From contig JBPOGH010000004.1 in assembly GCA_051252135.1 (NCBI GenBank), positions 64,001 through 128,000 of the forward strand: a stretch of DNA of 64,000 nt. Reading direction: 5' to 3'. The position numbers and the translations under genes were made by a program. The notes under the pieces were generated by a model. The model ran no database searches. It was not told where the DNA came from and saw nothing but the letters and a program-made list of their open reading frames with translations. Shown here one piece after another: positions 18,530 to 28,094 of this stretch. Each line of letters opens with the position of its first letter. The stretch's first letter is position 1. Origin of the DNA: Verrucomicrobiaceae bacterium (GTDB lineage Bacteria; Verrucomicrobiota; Verrucomicrobiia; Verrucomicrobiales; Akkermansiaceae).

Positions 18530-19174
18530 ATGAAATTCGCCATCATTGTCATCCTTTCCACCCTGACGGGGTTTGGGCAGGAGGGTCTTGTGAGATTGCC
18601 GGCCCGTCAGGCGGTGCCGGAGGAGGTGATGGTGGAGGCCCAGAAAGCGACTCAAGCGTTGATGAATCAGGTGGTCAGGGGGAATGTCGATGCGGCGTTT
18701 CTTCACATGAATCCGGACTGGAAGAAGATCGAGGCGCGCAAGAATGGCGGAGCGGAGAAGCTTGCGGAGAAGCTTCGGGAGAATTTTGCATCGTTGCAGG
18801 CGAAGGGGATTACCTTGAAGGCTGCGGAGGCGAAGCGTCCGGTGATGGGCTGGGAGGTTGATTTTGGCCATCGGACGGTGATGGTGGACGGGGTTGAGCA
18901 GAAGGTGGGAGTCTACAAGCAGTGGATGGTTTTTGTGCCAACGGTGAGTCAGATTTCGGCGATCGACCGCAATGCGCGTCCGGTGAAGACTTACGAGATT
19001 CGCAGTGACAGCTTCCAGGTGGCGCTATGTCCGAAGGGGGCGAACAATTGGACTTTCATTGATGGAGCCGATTTGAAGGGAGTGAGTCTGCGTCAGTTAT
19101 TCCCTTATTTGCCGAAGCAGGACGACCAGTTGGGGTTGCCCAAGGTGCGTGGCCAAGTGATTAGAGAACGATAA
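18530..19174 (+). CDS. Hypothetical exported protein
   Basis: Signal-peptide-like N-terminus, AGGAG upstream, codon pattern like neighbours; no family recognised. Confidence 0.65.
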   Translation: MKFAIIVILSTLTGFGQEGLVRLPARQAVPEEVMVEAQKATQALMNQVVRGNVDAAFLHMNPDWKKIEARKNGGAEKLAEKLRENFASLQAKGITLKAAEAKRPVMGWEVDFGHRTVMVDGVEQKVGVYKQWMVFVPTVSQISAIDRNARPVKTYEIRSDSFQVALCPKGANNWTFIDGADLKGVSLRQLFPYLPKQDDQLGLPKVRGQVIRER

Positions 19175-19187
19175 AACCGAGGAAGCG

Positions 19188-19736
19188 GTGGGTAAAAAGA
19201 AGAAGAAAAAAGAGAAGGAGCTGAAGCGGATCAAGAAGCTCACGAAGCGGGGTCAAAGTGACTGTGTGGAAGTGCGTGGATCCGGAATCCACGGGCGCGG
19301 GGTGTATGCGACGCGGGACATTGAGCCGGAGGAGCATGTCATTGAGTATGTTGGCAATTTGATCGACAAGGATGAGAGTGAGAAGAGAGCGTGGGCACTG
19401 TTTGAAGAGGCGGAGCAAACGGGAGGAGCGGCGGTTTACATTTTCAATCTGACGAAGAAGTGGGATCTTGACGGGGATGTGGAGTGGAATCCGGCGCGAT
19501 TGATCAATCATTCCTGTGATCCGAATTGTGAGGCGCAGCAGGACAAGAAGCGGATTTACATTGTGGCGACGCGGGCGATCAAGAAGGACGAGGAGATCAC
19601 CTTTGACTATGGCTTTGATGCCGATTCCTACGCCGATCATCCGTGCCGATGCGGGTCTGCGAATTGTATCGGTTATATCGTGGGGAAGGATTATCTTGAT
19701 GACCTGCAGGAGCTTCTTGCCGCTGAAGAAGAATAG
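19188..19736 (+). CDS. SET-domain lysine methyltransferase with post-SET motif
   Basis: SGIHGRGVYA; EYVG; ARLINHSCDPNC; EEITFDY; CRCGSANCIG. Confidence 0.92.
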   Translation: MGKKKKKKEKELKRIKKLTKRGQSDCVEVRGSGIHGRGVYATRDIEPEEHVIEYVGNLIDKDESEKRAWALFEEAEQTGGAAVYIFNLTKKWDLDGDVEWNPARLINHSCDPNCEAQQDKKRIYIVATRAIKKDEEITFDYGFDADSYADHPCRCGSANCIGYIVGKDYLDDLQELLAAEEE

Positions 19737-19789
19737 ACATGCCACCTGACGGTTGTCGCTATTGCCTCAGCACACCACCTTTTGATTCC

Positions 19790-20836
19790 ATGCGCGCTAC
19801 GCTTGTATTTCTCCTATCGATGACTTTCCCCGCATTTGCGGGAACGGCCACCCAAGCCCGGAACATTGTCCGGTCCTACGAACAATCCTTCGATCAATGG
19901 GTCGCGGAGGTCCAGGGAGCGGTGGGCAACGAAGCCCAGGTGGCGGCCTGGTCCAAGCAGCCCAGGCCGGACGAGGCGGGTCTTCGTTTGTGGACGGAGA
20001 TACGCAATGATCTGGATCAATCGTGGACCCTTGATTACGCGGCATGGCTTTATGAAAATTCGTCGGGAGTGTTGAGTCAGTCGAGCGGTGGAACCGCGAA
20101 TGCGCTGAAGATTCGCCGGGCGGTGGAGCGATTCCACGTGAAGAGTCCGCGGGTGGGATATTTTGCGGTGGCGCTGTCCCATTTTCCCGATCCGGGGGCG
20201 CTGGGTTTACTGGAAAAGATCGAGGCCCAGAATCCCGATCCACGGGTGCAAGGGGCTGCGGCGCTGGGGCAAGCGATGATTCTGCGCGGGATGGGAGGCG
20301 ACTGGAAGATCATGAAGAAGCGCCAGGAGAAGTTGAAGAAGGCGATTATTCAGGGGAACGACCTTCCGGTGGGGAAGACGACGGTGCTACGGATTGCGGA
20401 GGATGAGATTTTTATGATGAACAATCTCGGGGTGGGCACGGTGGCCCCGGACATCATGGGGGTGGATATCACGGCGAAGCCATTTTCCCTTTCCGATTAC
20501 AAGGGCAAGGTGGTGGTGTTGGTTTTCTGGCACACCTGGATGCCTGAGGCCAATCGCTCGATCAAATTGGTCCGGGAGCTTCACAATAGTCTTCAGGGCA
20601 AGAATGCGGTGGTGATCGGGGCGAACATCGATCATGCGCTGACGCTGCGGAAGATGACGGCGGATGGGGAAACTCCGTGGCGGAATTTTTCCGATTCGAC
20701 GAAATCGATCGCGAAGAAATATCGCATTGAGGAGTGGCCAAAGGTTTACGTCCTGGATGGGGAGCGGAAGATCAAGTATGTTGGTTCGCCCGGTTCCTTC
20801 GTGAATATCGCGGTGGATGCATTGTTGAAGGAGTAG
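19790..20836 (+). CDS. Exported helical + TlpA/redoxin-fold protein lacking CxxC
   Basis: VGTVAPDIMGVD..FSLSDYKGKVVVLVFWHTWMPEA; WPKVYVLD; signal peptide. Confidence 0.8.
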   Translation: MRATLVFLLSMTFPAFAGTATQARNIVRSYEQSFDQWVAEVQGAVGNEAQVAAWSKQPRPDEAGLRLWTEIRNDLDQSWTLDYAAWLYENSSGVLSQSSGGTANALKIRRAVERFHVKSPRVGYFAVALSHFPDPGALGLLEKIEAQNPDPRVQGAAALGQAMILRGMGGDWKIMKKRQEKLKKAIIQGNDLPVGKTTVLRIAEDEIFMMNNLGVGTVAPDIMGVDITAKPFSLSDYKGKVVVLVFWHTWMPEANRSIKLVRELHNSLQGKNAVVIGANIDHALTLRKMTADGETPWRNFSDSTKSIAKKYRIEEWPKVYVLDGERKIKYVGSPGSFVNIAVDALLKE

Positions 20837-20883
20837 GTTGATTGACCGCCTATTCCTCTTCTGGTCTGAGGCGATTCCGGACA

Positions 20884-21408
20884 ATGAACGGGGTCCTTAT
20901 TCGATTGTGGCGAGAGGAAGATGATCTTTCCTCGATCACGGGGATGCTTCACCGCGCTTATGCGGAGTTGGCGGCGATGGGGTTTCGGTATAACGCCACG
21001 TGGCAAGATGATGCGACGACTCTGAAGCGGCTTGGTAAGGGAGTGGCCTTTGTGGCGGAGTGCGAGGGTCGGGTGGTGGGGACGGCGACTCTTTATCTGC
21101 CTCCCTATTCATCGGGTTGCGCGTGGTATGGTCGTGCGGATGTGGCTCACTTTGGCCAATTCGCGGTGGATCCGGAGTTTCAACGGCAGGGGATCGGGAG
21201 TCGGCTTCTGGCCGAGCTGGAACGGGAGACGCGGGGGCGTGGGATTGCCAATCTGGCATTGGATACGGCCGAGGGAGCGGTGCACCTGATCGCTCTTTAT
21301 GAGAGACGGGGGTATGAGGTGGTGGAGCTGGTGGATTGGAAGAGCACGAACTACCGGAGTGTGGTGATGAATCGCGCGCTTGGTGACGGGCCAGAGAGCG
21401 GGCTTTAG
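20884..21408 (+). CDS. GNAT N-acetyltransferase
   Basis: FAVDPEFQRQGIGSRLL motif A; LALDTAE; LYERRGY. Confidence 0.88.
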   Translation: MNGVLIRLWREEDDLSSITGMLHRAYAELAAMGFRYNATWQDDATTLKRLGKGVAFVAECEGRVVGTATLYLPPYSSGCAWYGRADVAHFGQFAVDPEFQRQGIGSRLLAELERETRGRGIANLALDTAEGAVHLIALYERRGYEVVELVDWKSTNYRSVVMNRALGDGPESGL

Positions 21409-22286
21409 CGGGCGCAGCTGGTGCCGACTTTGGCGTAGAGTTCCATTTGTTTGGAGCTGGAGTCGAGGAGGTCGGGGTCGAGGGTGACGGTGCCGGGCTC
21501 GAAGAGGAGGAGGGTGGAGGATCCGCCGAAGGCGAAGTAGCCTTTTTCGTCGCCTTTTGCGACGGGTTGGCCGGGGGTGAAGGTTTGGTGGATGGAGCCG
21601 ACGCAGGTGGCTCCGATTTCCATGCAGAGGACGGTGCCGAAGGATTCGGTTTTGAGTTCGGTGATGGTGCGTTTGTTTTCCCAGAGGTAGGCGAGGCGTT
21701 GGCGGAGGGCGATGGGGGAGACGGAGAAGAGGGGGCCGTTGAGGGTGCGGGTTTCGCCGGGGGTGCCGGCGCAGGGGAAGTGGAAGCGGTGGTAGTCGAC
21801 CGGGCAGAGTCGGGAGAGGAGGAGGGGGCCGTCCTGGTAGCGGGCGGCGAGTTCCGGGGAGCCGAGGAGGGCGGGGAGGTCAAATTGTTGTCCTTTGATA
21901 AAGACGGAGGTGATTTCGCTGGCTTTGGCGAAGCCGAGGTGGCGGCCATCGGCGGGGAGGACGACGGGGGAGTCGGCGAGGGGGCGGGCGGTGGGTTTGA
22001 GTTTGCGGTAGAAGAAGTCGTTGAAGGAGGTGAATTGGTCCGGGCGTTTGACGAAGTCGTCACTGCCGAGGCGGTAGGTTTCGAGGAAAGGGGCGACTTT
22101 TTCAGCGGTTTTGGGCTGATTCATGCGATTTCCGTACCATTTTGAGAAGAATGGGCGTTTGACGAAGGCGTGGAGGGCGATCTTACCGAGGGGGTTGCCG
22201 TAGGCCCATTTGAGGAAGCCTTCGCCGTAGACTTGTTCGGTTTCGATCTGTCCGGTTTCGCGGTTGAGGTACTGAATTGGCTCCAC
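21405..22286 (-). CDS. psd: Phosphatidylserine decarboxylase
   Basis: FTSFNDFFYRKLK; PADGR; RLCPVDYHRFHFP; ENKR; GYFAFGGST autocleavage motif; GTG start inferred. Confidence 0.9.
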   Translation of the reverse strand: MEPIQYLNRETGQIETEQVYGEGFLKWAYGNPLGKIALHAFVKRPFFSKWYGNRMNQPKTAEKVAPFLETYRLGSDDFVKRPDQFTSFNDFFYRKLKPTARPLADSPVVLPADGRHLGFAKASEITSVFIKGQQFDLPALLGSPELAARYQDGPLLLSRLCPVDYHRFHFPCAGTPGETRTLNGPLFSVSPIALRQRLAYLWENKRTITELKTESFGTVLCMEIGATCVGSIHQTFTPGQPVAKGDEKGYFAFGGSSTLLLFEPGTVTLDPDLLDSSSKQMELYAKVGTSCAR

Positions 22287-22359
22287 GGGGAGACAATGGG
22301 CCGATTTACGTAAAATGAAATTTGAAATTTCGTGGTTCAAGGCTACGTCTCCCTCAGCC

Positions 22360-22929
22360 ATGCGCATCCCCGCCCTCATTGCATCTTTGGCAGCTTTCCT
22401 TGCGAGCTGTCACGAGAGCGAGAAGTCCATCAGTGTCACCGAGACCAGGGAGCTGACGCTTTTTGATCAAAAGTATCCCGGAAACATCAAGGATTATCCT
22501 CCGTTGGGGTGGCGCCGGATTCCGGGAACGCAGATGCGGGCGGTGAATTATGTGGCGGGGCCGAATGAGGAGGTGGAGATTTTTATGGGGAATTCGGGAG
22601 GAGGCGTGTTGCCGAATGCGAACCGTTGGTTGGGGCAGCTGGGTCTGCCGCCGAAGACCTCGGTGGATGATTTTGAGAAAATCGAGGTGTTGGGGACGGA
22701 TGCTTATCTGGTGGAGGTGTCCGGAGATTTCAAAGGGGGGATGGGGCAGCCGGCGAAGCCTGATCAGGCGATCATGGGCATGATCCGGGAGAATCAGGAT
22801 GAGGTGCTGACGCTGAAGATGACGGGGCCGAAGGAGGCAGTGATGGCGCTGCGCGAAGAATTTGTGGCGTATGCGAAGGCGCTTGAGGTGCATATGCCGC
22901 AGGCGATCGAGGATCCCGAATCCAACTAA
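22360..22929 (+). CDS. Lipoprotein, first gene of cytochrome c biogenesis operon
   Basis: Lipobox FLASC; P.GW..MR..Y, GG.L.N.NRW.GQLGL, KMTGP; 8 bp before the resB-like gene. Confidence 0.7.
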   Translation: MRIPALIASLAAFLASCHESEKSISVTETRELTLFDQKYPGNIKDYPPLGWRRIPGTQMRAVNYVAGPNEEVEIFMGNSGGGVLPNANRWLGQLGLPPKTSVDDFEKIEVLGTDAYLVEVSGDFKGGMGQPAKPDQAIMGMIRENQDEVLTLKMTGPKEAVMALREEFVAYAKALEVHMPQAIEDPESN

Positions 22930-22937
22930 CAAACGAG

Positions 22938-24140
22938 ATGAGTTCTTCCAAACCTCCCCGCACTCTTGGTCAGAAGGTGTTTCGCGTGCTCGCGGGATTC
23001 GAAATCGCGGTGGTGTGCTTTGCGCTGCTGACGCTGCTGACCTTTTTCGGAACGATCGAGCAGACCTGGATTGGGTTGCATGGGGCGATCGAGAAGTATT
23101 TTGATTATGAGGCGTTTCTGGTGATTCCGCGGAATGCTTACGACAAGATTATTTTCCTGCCGCTTCCCGGTGCCTACTGGGTGATCGTGGTGCTCTCGGT
23201 GAACATGTTCCTGGGCGGCATTGTGCGGATGCGGAAGGGCTGGCGGACGGCCGGGGTGCTGGTGAGTCACTTTGCGATTCTGTTCATGTTGGTGGCGGGT
23301 GCGGTATCGAGTCTTTACAAGGAAGAGGGATCGATGGGGGTGACGGAGGGCGAGAAGTCCGATTATGCGTCGAGCTACAATCAGGCGACGATCGAGATCG
23401 CGGCCTACGATGAGAACGGGGATCGAGGAGCGCCGGTGGTGGTGCCATCGGAGCCGTTGGAGTCGATGAGGTCGACGGACGTGTTGAATGTGGAGCTACC
23501 GGATCTGCCTTTTGATTTGAAGGTGACGGGGATGTTACAGGCGAGCGAGATGAGGATGGCCGGGAGTGTGGGGGAAGGTTCCGGTAAAGTGATTGATGGT
23601 TTTGTGCTGCAGGAAGTGGAGAAGAATACCACTGATGAGGTGCTGAACTTTGAGGGCTGTTATGTGACGGTGCGGAAGGACGGGGAGGATTTGCAGGAGC
23701 TTCTTTTGTGGAGCGGGAATCCGTTTCCGGTGACGGTGACGGTGGAGGGGGTGCGCTACGGGATTTTGATGACGCGGAAGATTTGGCCGATGCCCTTTGA
23801 GGTGGAGCTGCACAAATCGGTGGGAGAGTACTATCCGGGAACGCGCAAGGCGCGGTGGTTCCAGAGTGATGTGACGAAGGTGACGGGCGAGGAGCGAACC
23901 GACTATGAGATCATCATGAACCATCCGATGCGTCATGGTGGCTACACTCTTTTCCAGGCGCAGTGGGAGAAGCCCGAGGGCAAGGCGCGCTCGGGATTTG
24001 CGGTGGTGAAGAATCCTTCCGACAAGTGGCCCGAATGGGCGCTTTATGTAGCGGGGATTGCCCTGTTGGTTCATTTTTCAGTGATGCTGGTCACGTATAC
24101 GTATCGCAGCATGAACAAAACCTCTTCCAAAGCCAGTTGA
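22938..24140 (+). CDS. Cytochrome c biogenesis ResB/CcsB-like membrane protein
   Basis: N-terminal TMs with GTIEQ; GVLVSHFAIL; periplasmic domain ending IIMNHPMRHGGYTLFQ..VKNPS + TM; adjacent to ccsA. Confidence 0.8.
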   Translation: MSSSKPPRTLGQKVFRVLAGFEIAVVCFALLTLLTFFGTIEQTWIGLHGAIEKYFDYEAFLVIPRNAYDKIIFLPLPGAYWVIVVLSVNMFLGGIVRMRKGWRTAGVLVSHFAILFMLVAGAVSSLYKEEGSMGVTEGEKSDYASSYNQATIEIAAYDENGDRGAPVVVPSEPLESMRSTDVLNVELPDLPFDLKVTGMLQASEMRMAGSVGEGSGKVIDGFVLQEVEKNTTDEVLNFEGCYVTVRKDGEDLQELLLWSGNPFPVTVTVEGVRYGILMTRKIWPMPFEVELHKSVGEYYPGTRKARWFQSDVTKVTGEERTDYEIIMNHPMRHGGYTLFQAQWEKPEGKARSGFAVVKNPSDKWPEWALYVAGIALLVHFSVMLVTYTYRSMNKTSSKAS

Positions 24141-26158
24141 TGAGCGAAACTTCCATTTCCGAAAAGCCTTCGAATCTTGGCCTCCGCTGGGGGTTGGTCA
24201 CCTTATTTTTGGTGATTGAGTTTGCGTTGATCAGCTACGCGATCAAGGGGAGCATTAGGTTTGACGAACCTCCGAAAGTGTCGGGGTATCAGGCGTGGTC
24301 CGAAGAGGTGGTGGAGGTGGCGGCGAAGATTCCGGTGCAGGACGGAGGACGGGTGAAGCCGTTTGCGACCTTTGCGCGCTTCCAGTTGTTGCAGTTGCGC
24401 GGTGAGGTGAGCATCAAGATTGAGACGGGCGGGGAGAAGGTGAAGATCAGTGCGACGGAGTGGTTGCTGGATTGTCTTTTCCGGCCCGAGTTGGCGGACG
24501 AGCTTCCGGTGTTTCGGATCGATAACTCGGACGTGTTGAGGGGGACGGGGATTGAGGTGAAGGAGCTGCGGACGCGGTTGAGTTTTAACGAGGTTTACAA
24601 GGGATATGACAAGCTGATGAACAAGGGGCGGACGCTGATGGAGGAGTCCGAGAACCGGAAGTTGACGCGTGAGGAGAAGCAGCTGACGGAATTTGCGCAG
24701 CAGGTGCTGAGTTATCAGGCGTTGACGAGTGCGCTGGATTTTGCGCGGAAGGGGATGTCGATCCCGGCGGACCGGTTGCCTCCGGGGGTGGAAAATCCCG
24801 AGAGTCTGCAGAAGTTCAGTCACTGGATGGCGATTTTTCCGGAAGTGAGCCAGGCGGTGCGTCAGGCGGCGGCGATGAACAACGGGGAGATTCCCGAGGC
24901 GCTGCGTGAGACCTTGGCGACGATTGAGGAGTATATTACGAAGACGCGCTTTGGGTTGAACTGGATTCCGCCTTACACGGACTCCGAGGAATGGCAGCCG
25001 CTGGGTCGGACGCTGACGGCGTTGATTGAGGGGCGCTCGGATGATTGGGCATCGCCGGTGGCGGACTTGCAGAAGCTGGAGCAGCTGGTGCCGCTTGCGG
25101 AGAAGCCGAACTCGGAGGCTTTTCTGAAGGCCTTTACCGCCTGGCAGGAAGACCTGACGGCGCGCAGTGCGGCGCGGGGTTGGGGTGAGGGGATTGAGGG
25201 GGAGATTTCCTATTACAAGAGGAACTATTTCATGAATGCGATTGTGTTGTTCATCTTCGCTTTTGTGGTTTGTGCGGTGAGTTGGATTGTGACAACGGGC
25301 AGGGCGGGGAAGGTGATTCAGATTATAGGGGCCGTGATGTTTGTTTCGGCGGTGGCGTATTTGGTGGCGGGAATTTTCCATCGCTCGTTTGTGATGGGGC
25401 GGCCTCCGGTGGGGAATCTTTACGATACCATTCCGTTTATTACGGCGGGGGCGACGATCATTTTGGGGATTGGCGAGTTGCTGACGCGGCGTCGGTTGTT
25501 GATTTCGGTGGCGTCCTTTTTAGGTATCGCGGGGCTCTTTCTGGCGTTTCGTTTTGAGTATGGTGATGCGAAGGACCATATGGATCCTTTGGTGGCGGTG
25601 CTGAACTCGAACTACTGGTTGGCGACGCACGTGGTGACGGTGACCCTGGGTTACTCGGGTGGTCTGGTAGCGTGTTTCCTGTCGCAGATTTACGTGCACC
25701 TTCGTTTGGCGGGGTTGATCGAGAAGAACAAATCGTTCCAGCGGTTTATCACGCGGGCGGTTTATGGAGTGGTTTGTTTTACGCTCTTTTTCTCGCTGGT
25801 GGGGACGGTGTTGGGAGGGATATGGGCGAATGATTCGTGGGGTCGTTTCTGGGGATGGGATCCGAAGGAGAATGGTGCGTTGCTGATCGTGCTCTGGACG
25901 TTGTTGATTCTTCATGCGCGATTGGCGGGTTGGATGAAGGACTGGGGGATTCACTTTGCGTGCATCTTCATGGGGATGATTGTGGCGTTCTCCTGGTGGC
26001 ATGTGAACATGCTGGAGGTGGGACTTCACAGTTACGGATTCATCAGCGGGGGTGAGGTGATTTGGTTCTTTTATTACGCGGAAGTGATGGCGCTGATTGT
26101 GGGATTGGCGGGGTATATCGTGCACCGGATTGAGAAGGGTCAGAAGCGGGCGGCTTGA
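24140..26158 (+). CDS. ccsA: Cytochrome c biogenesis protein CcsA (System II, long form)
   Basis: QDGGRVKPF; RPPVGNLYDT; VLNSNYWLATHV; GGIWANDSWGRFWGWDPKE (WWD); VGLHSYG. Confidence 0.92.
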   Translation: MSETSISEKPSNLGLRWGLVTLFLVIEFALISYAIKGSIRFDEPPKVSGYQAWSEEVVEVAAKIPVQDGGRVKPFATFARFQLLQLRGEVSIKIETGGEKVKISATEWLLDCLFRPELADELPVFRIDNSDVLRGTGIEVKELRTRLSFNEVYKGYDKLMNKGRTLMEESENRKLTREEKQLTEFAQQVLSYQALTSALDFARKGMSIPADRLPPGVENPESLQKFSHWMAIFPEVSQAVRQAAAMNNGEIPEALRETLATIEEYITKTRFGLNWIPPYTDSEEWQPLGRTLTALIEGRSDDWASPVADLQKLEQLVPLAEKPNSEAFLKAFTAWQEDLTARSAARGWGEGIEGEISYYKRNYFMNAIVLFIFAFVVCAVSWIVTTGRAGKVIQIIGAVMFVSAVAYLVAGIFHRSFVMGRPPVGNLYDTIPFITAGATIILGIGELLTRRRLLISVASFLGIAGLFLAFRFEYGDAKDHMDPLVAVLNSNYWLATHVVTVTLGYSGGLVACFLSQIYVHLRLAGLIEKNKSFQRFITRAVYGVVCFTLFFSLVGTVLGGIWANDSWGRFWGWDPKENGALLIVLWTLLILHARLAGWMKDWGIHFACIFMGMIVAFSWWHVNMLEVGLHSYGFISGGEVIWFFYYAEVMALIVGLAGYIVHRIEKGQKRAA

Positions 26159-26189
26159 TTCGGGGCGGGCGCTAGGCTTTGATCAGGTC

Positions 26190-27368
26190 ATGAAGCGTGT
26201 GATCTGGTGTATTCTCGACTCGGTCGGGATCGGCGGGGCGCCGGATGCGGCGGCTTTTGGGGATGAGGGGAGTGATACGTTGGGACACATTGCGGAGTGG
26301 TTTATGAAGGAGAAGGGGCGTTCGTTGGCGCTGCCGAATCTGGATCGCCTGGGTTTGGGGGCGGCGTATGAATTGGTGCATGGGTGTCGGCCGGATGGGT
26401 GGGAGGCGGTGGAAGCGGAGGGTTGCTTTGCGGCGGCGACGGAGATCTCGACGGGGAAGGATACACCGAGCGGGCATTGGGAGTTGGCGGGGGTGCCGGC
26501 GAGCTGGGAGTGGGGTTATTTTCCGAAGGTGGAGCGTTGTTTTCCGGAGGAATTGATTGCGGAGATTGAGAGGCGTGCGGGGCTGGAGGGGTCGCTGGGG
26601 CATTGTCATGCGAGCGGGACGGAAGTGATTGCACGGCTGGGTGCGGAGAGTGTGCGAAGCGGGAAGCCGATCTTTTACACTTCGGCGGACTCGGTGTTTC
26701 AAATTGCGGCGCATGAGGAGGCGTTTGGGCTGGAGCGGCTTTATGAGCTGTGTGAGTTGGTGCGGGAGTTGACGCTGGAGATGAATGTGGGGCGGGTGAT
26801 TGCGCGGCCCTTTGTGGGGGATGAGGGGGCGTATGAGCGGACGGGGAACCGGAAGGATTACGCGGTGACGCCGCCGAAGGCGACGGTGCTGGAGGTGGCG
26901 AAGGATGGGGGGCGCAAGGTGTGCGGGGTGGGGAAGATTGGAGATATTTTTGCCCATGTGGGATTGAGTGAGGAGTTGAAGGCGAGCGGGCATGAGAGGC
27001 TGTGGGAGCGGACGCGGGAGGCGTTGGCGGGGAGCGGGGAGTTGGTGATGACGAACTTTGTGGACTTTGATATGTTGTACGGGCATCGGCGTGATCCGGA
27101 GGGATATGGGCTGGCGTTGGAGGAGTGGGATGCGGAGTTGGGTCGTTTTTTGGCGGAGCTGGGTGAGGAGGATTTGGTGGTGATTACGGCGGACCACGGG
27201 AATGACCCGACGTGGGAGGGGACGGATCATACGCGGGAGCGGGTGCCGGTGGTGATTTATGGTGGGGGGAAGCGGAACGGAGGGGTGCGGGAGAGTTTTT
27301 GTGATGTGGGGGCGACGGTGGCGAAGTGGCTGGGTCTGGAGGTGGACGAAGGGGAATCGATCCTGTAA
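26190..27368 (+). CDS. deoB: Phosphopentomutase
   Basis: ILDSVGIG..DA..FGD.GSDT; GKDTPSGHWE; YTSADSVFQIAAHE; NFVDFD.LYGHRRD; TADHGNDP; TDHTRE. Confidence 0.95.
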   Translation: MKRVIWCILDSVGIGGAPDAAAFGDEGSDTLGHIAEWFMKEKGRSLALPNLDRLGLGAAYELVHGCRPDGWEAVEAEGCFAAATEISTGKDTPSGHWELAGVPASWEWGYFPKVERCFPEELIAEIERRAGLEGSLGHCHASGTEVIARLGAESVRSGKPIFYTSADSVFQIAAHEEAFGLERLYELCELVRELTLEMNVGRVIARPFVGDEGAYERTGNRKDYAVTPPKATVLEVAKDGGRKVCGVGKIGDIFAHVGLSEELKASGHERLWERTREALAGSGELVMTNFVDFDMLYGHRRDPEGYGLALEEWDAELGRFLAELGEEDLVVITADHGNDPTWEGTDHTRERVPVVIYGGGKRNGGVRESFCDVGATVAKWLGLEVDEGESIL

Positions 27369-27377
27369 GGTGCGCGC

Positions 27378-28094
27378 ATGGCGACACCACATTTGGAGGC
27401 GAGTGAAGGGCAGTTTGCGGAGACCGTGCTGCTGCCGGGAGATCCGCTGCGGGCGAATTTTATCGCGGAGACTTTTTTGGAGGATGTGGAGCAGGTGAAC
27501 GGGGTGCGGAATATGTTGGGGTTTACGGGGACGTATGAGGGGGTGCGAATTTCGGTGATGGGAAGCGGGATGGGGATTCCTTCGATTTCGATTTATGCGA
27601 AGGAGCTGATCACGGATTACGGGGTGAAGAATTTGATTCGGGTGGGGAGTTGCGGGGCGGTGTCGAAGGAGGTGAAGGTGCGTGATGTGTTGATCGGGAT
27701 GGGGGGCTGCACGGACAGCGGGGTGAATCGGGCGCGGTTTGGCGGGTATGATTTTGCGGCGATTGCGGACTATGATTTGCTGGCGGCGCATGTGGAGGCG
27801 GCGAGGGAGTTGGGTGTTCCGGTGAAGGTGGGGAATTTGTTTTCGGCTGATCTTTTTTACACACCGCAGCCGGAGATGTTTGACCGGATGGAGAAGATGA
27901 ATGTGCTGGGGGTGGAGATGGAGGCGGCGGGGCTGTTTGGGGTGTGTGCGGAGTTTGGGGCGCGCGGGATGGCGATTTGTACGGTGAGCGATCACATCCG
28001 GACGGGGGAGAGCACGACGAGTGAGGAGAGGCAGACGAGCTTTACGGCGATGATGAAGGTGGCGCTTGAGGCCGCGAGAAAGGTGGCGTCATGA
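27378..28094 (+). CDS. deoD: Purine-nucleoside phosphorylase DeoD
   Basis: [48 protein letters not shown]. Confidence 0.95.
   Translation: MATPHLEASEGQFAETVLLPGDPLRANFIAETFLEDVEQVNGVRNMLGFTGTYEGVRISVMGSGMGIPSISIYAKELITDYGVKNLIRVGSCGAVSKEVKVRDVLIGMGGCTDSGVNRARFGGYDFAAIADYDLLAAHVEAARELGVPVKVGNLFSADLFYTPQPEMFDRMEKMNVLGVEMEAAGLFGVCAEFGARGMAICTVSDHIRTGESTTSEERQTSFTAMMKVALEAARKVAS

Noticed and set aside
20130..20145. parS-like TTCCACGTGAA
   Set aside because: Only the core matches, the flanks do not, it is a single copy and it lies inside a CDS
20525..20560. Selenocysteine recoding in the redoxin motif
   Set aside because: Codons read TGG ATG CCT GAG GCC; the TGA is out of frame
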